From the NCBI GenBank assembly GCA_963843795.1, contig CAWJLW010000004.1:1-64000 (forward strand): 64,000 nt of DNA, in the 5' to 3' direction. This DNA is from an uncultured bacterium. GTDB taxonomy: Bacteria; Armatimonadota; Abditibacteriia; Abditibacteriales; Abditibacteriaceae. A model generated the notes under the pieces. The model was given only the letters and a program-made list of their open reading frames with translations, was not told the DNA's origin and searched no databases. This document shows positions 60,472 through 64,000 of this stretch, in pieces. Each line of letters begins with the position of its first letter. The first letter of the stretch is position 1. Made by a program: the position numbers and the translations under genes.

Positions 60472-63400
60472 TCATGTGCCAGCGGACATGCCAGCGGGCG
60501 TGCCACCGGACACCGCAGATTTTACTAACTTTTCGCGTGCGTTCGTCACTTCCTGGCGAATTTTGGCGCTCAAGCCGGTGTCGTCGATTAATTCGGCGGG
60601 TGTGGTCAGCGCATCGCGCATATCGTCTTTGCGTTCCAAGCGTGCACGCGCCGTGCGTTCGAGTTGTGTGTCGGTCAACAGATGGTGCACGGTCACATCG
60701 CGCGTCTGGCCCACGCGATAGGCGCGTCCCTCGCGCTGGCGAAAGGTCATCGCGGTATCGGGTGTATCGTAATGGATGATTTGGTTAGCGCGAGGGGCAT
60801 TCCAGCCTGCTGCGCCCGCATCGGAATAAACGCAAACATCGAAACGCGGATCGTTGACATAACGATTGGCCGAAGCGTCCCACTGGGGCGAAAAGCCCAG
60901 TTGGCGTTCCTGCTTTTCTTGTGCGCCCATCGAGCCATCAATTTTCACGACGCGCACGCCTTGAGACTTCAAATGATCGTGGATCAAGTCCACCGCCGCG
61001 CGATTGTGCGCAAAGATGACTTTGGGATGTTCACCGGCGGGATGCTCTTGGAGGATCGCATCGAGCTGGCGGAGCTTGGTGCCTTGCGGATGAAAGTTCA
61101 CCACGCGATTGAGCGCCGCGCGCCGCAGCATACCCAGCGAACTTTGCAAGCGCTTGGCGACCGCTTCGTGTTCGCTTTGCGGCACCCCTTCAAACGAACC
61201 GGGCGAAAGCGCTTGCACGGCTTCGATATCGACGCGCTCACCACGCCGCGCCGCGCGCGCGCGCTGATACATCGCAAGCGCTGTGTCATAGTCGCGCTTT
61301 TGCGGCGGCGTAAGGTCGAGCTGATGAGTTTGGGTGCGCTTTTGGGTATCGGGATCAATTGATTCTGCGTATTGGTAGGGTGCCATTTCGGCTTGGAGCG
61401 CTTCGCTGGCCGCGGGCGTATTGACCGCGTAACGGCGCAGAAACTCGCTTTTGGTGACGACACCGCGCGAGTGCGCGTCCGGGTGATCGTCTTCGACATA
61501 ACGAGACGGCGCAACTTTGGCGAGCGCTGAAAAACTCTCGCTGGCATCATTCTTCACGGGATCCGCGCTCATCGAAGCGAAATACGGCTTATCTTCCATG
61601 AAGCCATCCAGCGCGTTGGCCATCGCACTGTTTTCTTTACCCTGGCGGTTCAAAAGTCCATGCGCTTCATCGGTCACTGCCATATCGAAGTGCCAGCCCT
61701 GGGCTTCGGTCGCGGCTTTGATCGCCGCCGTGCGTTCTTGAGTGGGCGCGTCCTGCAAGTACTTGCGGGCCGCTTTTTCATCGCCGCCAAACCGCTGCTG
61801 GGCCAGCGCCCAATTCAAGTCATCGCGCAGCGCCTGGTGCGTCACGACGCAAATATCGTGGCCGCTTTCGTGATGATAGGCGGCGCGGCGCGTTTTGGCA
61901 TCGACACCGCCTTGGGCGAACCATTTGGGTGCTTCAGGACTGGTCACATCATAAAAGCGCGCGGCTTCGGCGCCGAAGTTTTCCTGCACTTGCGAGGGCA
62001 CAGCAAAGATCGAACGCTTGAGCTTGTTCTGGGCTTTGAGATGCGAATGGCACGCCAGACCGATACTCGTTTTGCCGCTTCCGGTGCCGAGCGTGAACAT
62101 CATGCGGCCCACAGCTTCGAGCTGTTTGATCGCGCGCTGACGCTTGATGTTATCGCCCGTGCTCATGTCGATATCACCCGCCGCCGCAGTGCCTTTGGTG
62201 AGGTGGACATTGGGAATCAAACCTTTGACCATCGCTTCGGCAGCCGTTCCGAGGGTCACACGCTGGGTCGCCAGCTGTTGCCCCTGGGTTTGGGTCGCTT
62301 CCTGCCCAAAGAGCGCGGCACCGCGATCCCGCTCGGCGCGCTGGTCGTCCAGTCGATCTTTGACGCCGCCTTCGGCGAACTTGCCGCCCGCGCGGTTCAT
62401 GGCTTTGGCCTGCTCCGAGCGCGCCTGGGCTTCGACTTCGCGCCGTTTCTCAGGTGGTAGGGACGCCAAAAAATGTTTTTCGGCGTGCGCGACCGGCGTG
62501 TGCACGGTTTTCCAATCGCGACCGGTCTGCTGCCGGAAGCCTTTGGCAAAGCGCGTGGCAAAGTCACCCTTCATGGTGTCGCAAATCGCCGCATAAGCGC
62601 GCTTTTCGCCACCCATATCGCCCACATATTGCGCCCAGCGCCCGCTCGCGGTCGCCACGTTGCCCGCGTTGAAATCACCGCCAACGCCCGGTGTGCCAAA
62701 CATCGTCGTATACGCCCGTGCGCGCAATTGCGCCTGAATGCGCGACCGCGCCTCGCGCGCGACAACGTTTTCGGGCCTGTCGTTTCCGGGCCTGCCGTCT
62801 CCGGACCTATCGTCTCCGGGCCTATCGTCATTCGTTTCAAGTTCGGGCACCACATCCTGATATTGACCGCTGCGGGCATCCGTTACGCGCCGTTCGGGCG
62901 TGTAACCGAGCGTTTGGGCATGGGCGCGCGCGGCTTCAATCACGGCACGGTCATCACTTAGATCCACGCTGGCAAAAGCGTGAGGCTCGGGCGCATCGCC
63001 GAACAAGCCGCCGCCGCTTTCCTCATCGCTTTGCTTCCACTGCGCTTGAATCGCGCGATAAGGGTCGCCCTCGGGCGCGCTGCGGGCCAAGTCGCGCCAC
63101 TGCTCCCACGCGCGGCGCTCATCGGGGGAAAGCGGCGAGATCGGCTCTTCACCGTTTTTGGGGTCGAGTCCAAAAACGTGCTCATAGGCGTAATCGCGCA
63201 CCGCACGCCGTCCGGCATGACCCAAATCGCCCACGCCGCCAAAGGCATGGCGAAGGCGCGGGTCCTGGATCGACACCTGGTGCAATAAGTCGCGCGTGGC
63301 ATCGGTCTGGGGCAGCGTTTGACGATGGACAGAAACCGCTTCGGAGGCGAGGCGACCGGCTTTGACTTCATTTTGCAACCAGCCCGCGTGATAGCCGCGC

Positions 63401-64000
63401 AAACGCTCATCCGTCAAACGCTTGTGATCGACCTGATCTTGTGTGGTGACACGGCGCGCTTGCCCGTCCAAACCGACCGGCGCTTTCATTGCGGGCACGA
63501 CGACATCGAGAGCTTGACGCCACGCATCATGCAAAGCGGGATCGACCTGGGTTTGGCGCAGCAGCTCCGAACGCAGCTCCGAGACCATCAGCGTCGGGTC
63601 TTGCCCGTGTTCAAAGCGCTGGGCCAGATTGTCGCGCATGATTTGTGCGATCTGCGGCACGCTGGCATGAGGAGGCAAATTGAACTGCAAGGCCAGCGGC
63701 GGCGGTGGTTTGATTTCGTCGCGCGATACGTCGATTTTCGGGCGACGACTAAAGCCCGCGGGCAGCCAGTTGGCTTCGTCGTGTTCACCAGCTTTAATCG
63801 CTGCGACACGCTGCAAACGTTCGAGATGCGCGGGATCCTCGTGCAGGGTTTGCGCGAGCTGATCCAAGCCCGAGGGATGCACAATCAGAATCTGGTTGTG
63901 GCCATCGGAATGCAGATGAAACTGCCCGGACTGAGACAGATTGCCGATGCTATCGAATGAATCCGGCTGTGTCAAACCACACGCCGCCGCGCGTTTGAGC
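60472..64000 (-). CDS. Large SNF2/SF2 helicase-domain protein, 5' end beyond the window
   Basis: LGTGSGKT, VTDEAH, SADPVKN, KVIFAH, GAAGWN, QREGRAYRVGQ. The frame is open to position 64000. Confidence 0.88.
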   Translation of the reverse strand, partial: LKRAAACGLTQPDSFDSIGNLSQSGQFHLHSDGHNQILIVHPSGLDQLAQTLHEDPAHLERLQRVAAIKAGEHDEANWLPAGFSRRPKIDVSRDEIKPPPPLALQFNLPPHASVPQIAQIMRDNLAQRFEHGQDPTLMVSELRSELLRQTQVDPALHDAWRQALDVVVPAMKAPVGLDGQARRVTTQDQVDHKRLTDERLRGYHAGWLQNEVKAGRLASEAVSVHRQTLPQTDATRDLLHQVSIQDPRLRHAFGGVGDLGHAGRRAVRDYAYEHVFGLDPKNGEEPISPLSPDERRAWEQWRDLARSAPEGDPYRAIQAQWKQSDEESGGGLFGDAPEPHAFASVDLSDDRAVIEAARAHAQTLGYTPERRVTDARSGQYQDVVPELETNDDRPGDDRSGDGRPGNDRPENVVAREARSRIQAQLRARAYTTMFGTPGVGGDFNAGNVATASGRWAQYVGDMGGEKRAYAAICDTMKGDFATRFAKGFRQQTGRDWKTVHTPVAHAEKHFLASLPPEKRREVEAQARSEQAKAMNRAGGKFAEGGVKDRLDDQRAERDRGAALFGQEATQTQGQQLATQRVTLGTAAEAMVKGLIPNVHLTKGTAAAGDIDMSTGDNIKRQRAIKQLEAVGRMMFTLGTGSGKTSIGLACHSHLKAQNKLKRSIFAVPSQVQENFGAEAARFYDVTSPEAPKWFAQGGVDAKTRRAAYHHESGHDICVVTHQALRDDLNWALAQQRFGGDEKAARKYLQDAPTQERTAAIKAATEAQGWHFDMAVTDEAHGLLNRQGKENSAMANALDGFMEDKPYFASMSADPVKNDASESFSALAKVAPSRYVEDDHPDAHSRGVVTKSEFLRRYAVNTPAASEALQAEMAPYQYAESIDPDTQKRTQTHQLDLTPPQKRDYDTALAMYQRARAARRGERVDIEAVQALSPGSFEGVPQSEHEAVAKRLQSSLGMLRRAALNRVVNFHPQGTKLRQLDAILQEHPAGEHPKVIFAHNRAAVDLIHDHLKSQGVRVVKIDGSMGAQEKQERQLGFSPQWDASANRYVNDPRFDVCVYSDAGAAGWNAPRANQIIHYDTPDTAMTFRQREGRAYRVGQTRDVTVHHLLTDTQLERTARARLERKDDMRDALTTPAELIDDTGLSAKIRQEVTNAREKLVKSAVSGGTPAGMSAGT

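Noticed and set aside
13420..63960. Numerous long plus-strand ORFs (e.g. 20323-21369, 29234-30397, 32053-33216, 43008-43949)
   Set aside because: They are antisense shadows of GC-rich minus-strand genes with no recognisable motifs.

Overview
The window looks like part of a large temperate phage-plasmid or prophage. The host cannot be identified from the sequence. About 0.4-13.3 kb is a plasmid-type maintenance and defence region: higBA, ArdC, a fragmented type I R-M system, a low-GC island (HTH_17/PIN pair, four perfect palindromes, an orphan AbiEi-like gene), a serine resolvase and a ParA/ParG-like pair. About 13.4-46.8 kb is one long minus-strand virion operon. It has an SPO1/Herelleviridae-like protease, scaffold, major capsid and neck, then tail tube, chaperone and tape measure with no recognisable sheath, followed by an RcGTA-like head-spike base, SGNH, vWA and FN3 proteins, a glycosyltransferase and a TylF-type methyltransferase. 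About 51.6-64 kb encodes very large DarB/strawberry-notch, SNF2-like and polyvalent proteins, probably packaged in the head. Between the head genes and these large proteins (47.0-51.6 kb) lies an integrase-less integron cassette array with six cassettes, attC sites and three attI-like repeats. One attC is interrupted by an IS621-like IS110 element whose left-end bridge RNA guides match both its donor junction (ACAGTAT-CT-TGTAT) and the attC target (CGCCAAG-CT-CACCC). The 12-bp palindrome GCAAGTACTTGC occurs at least 16 times. Many genes, mostly in the left half, are frameshifted, which may be assembly error.
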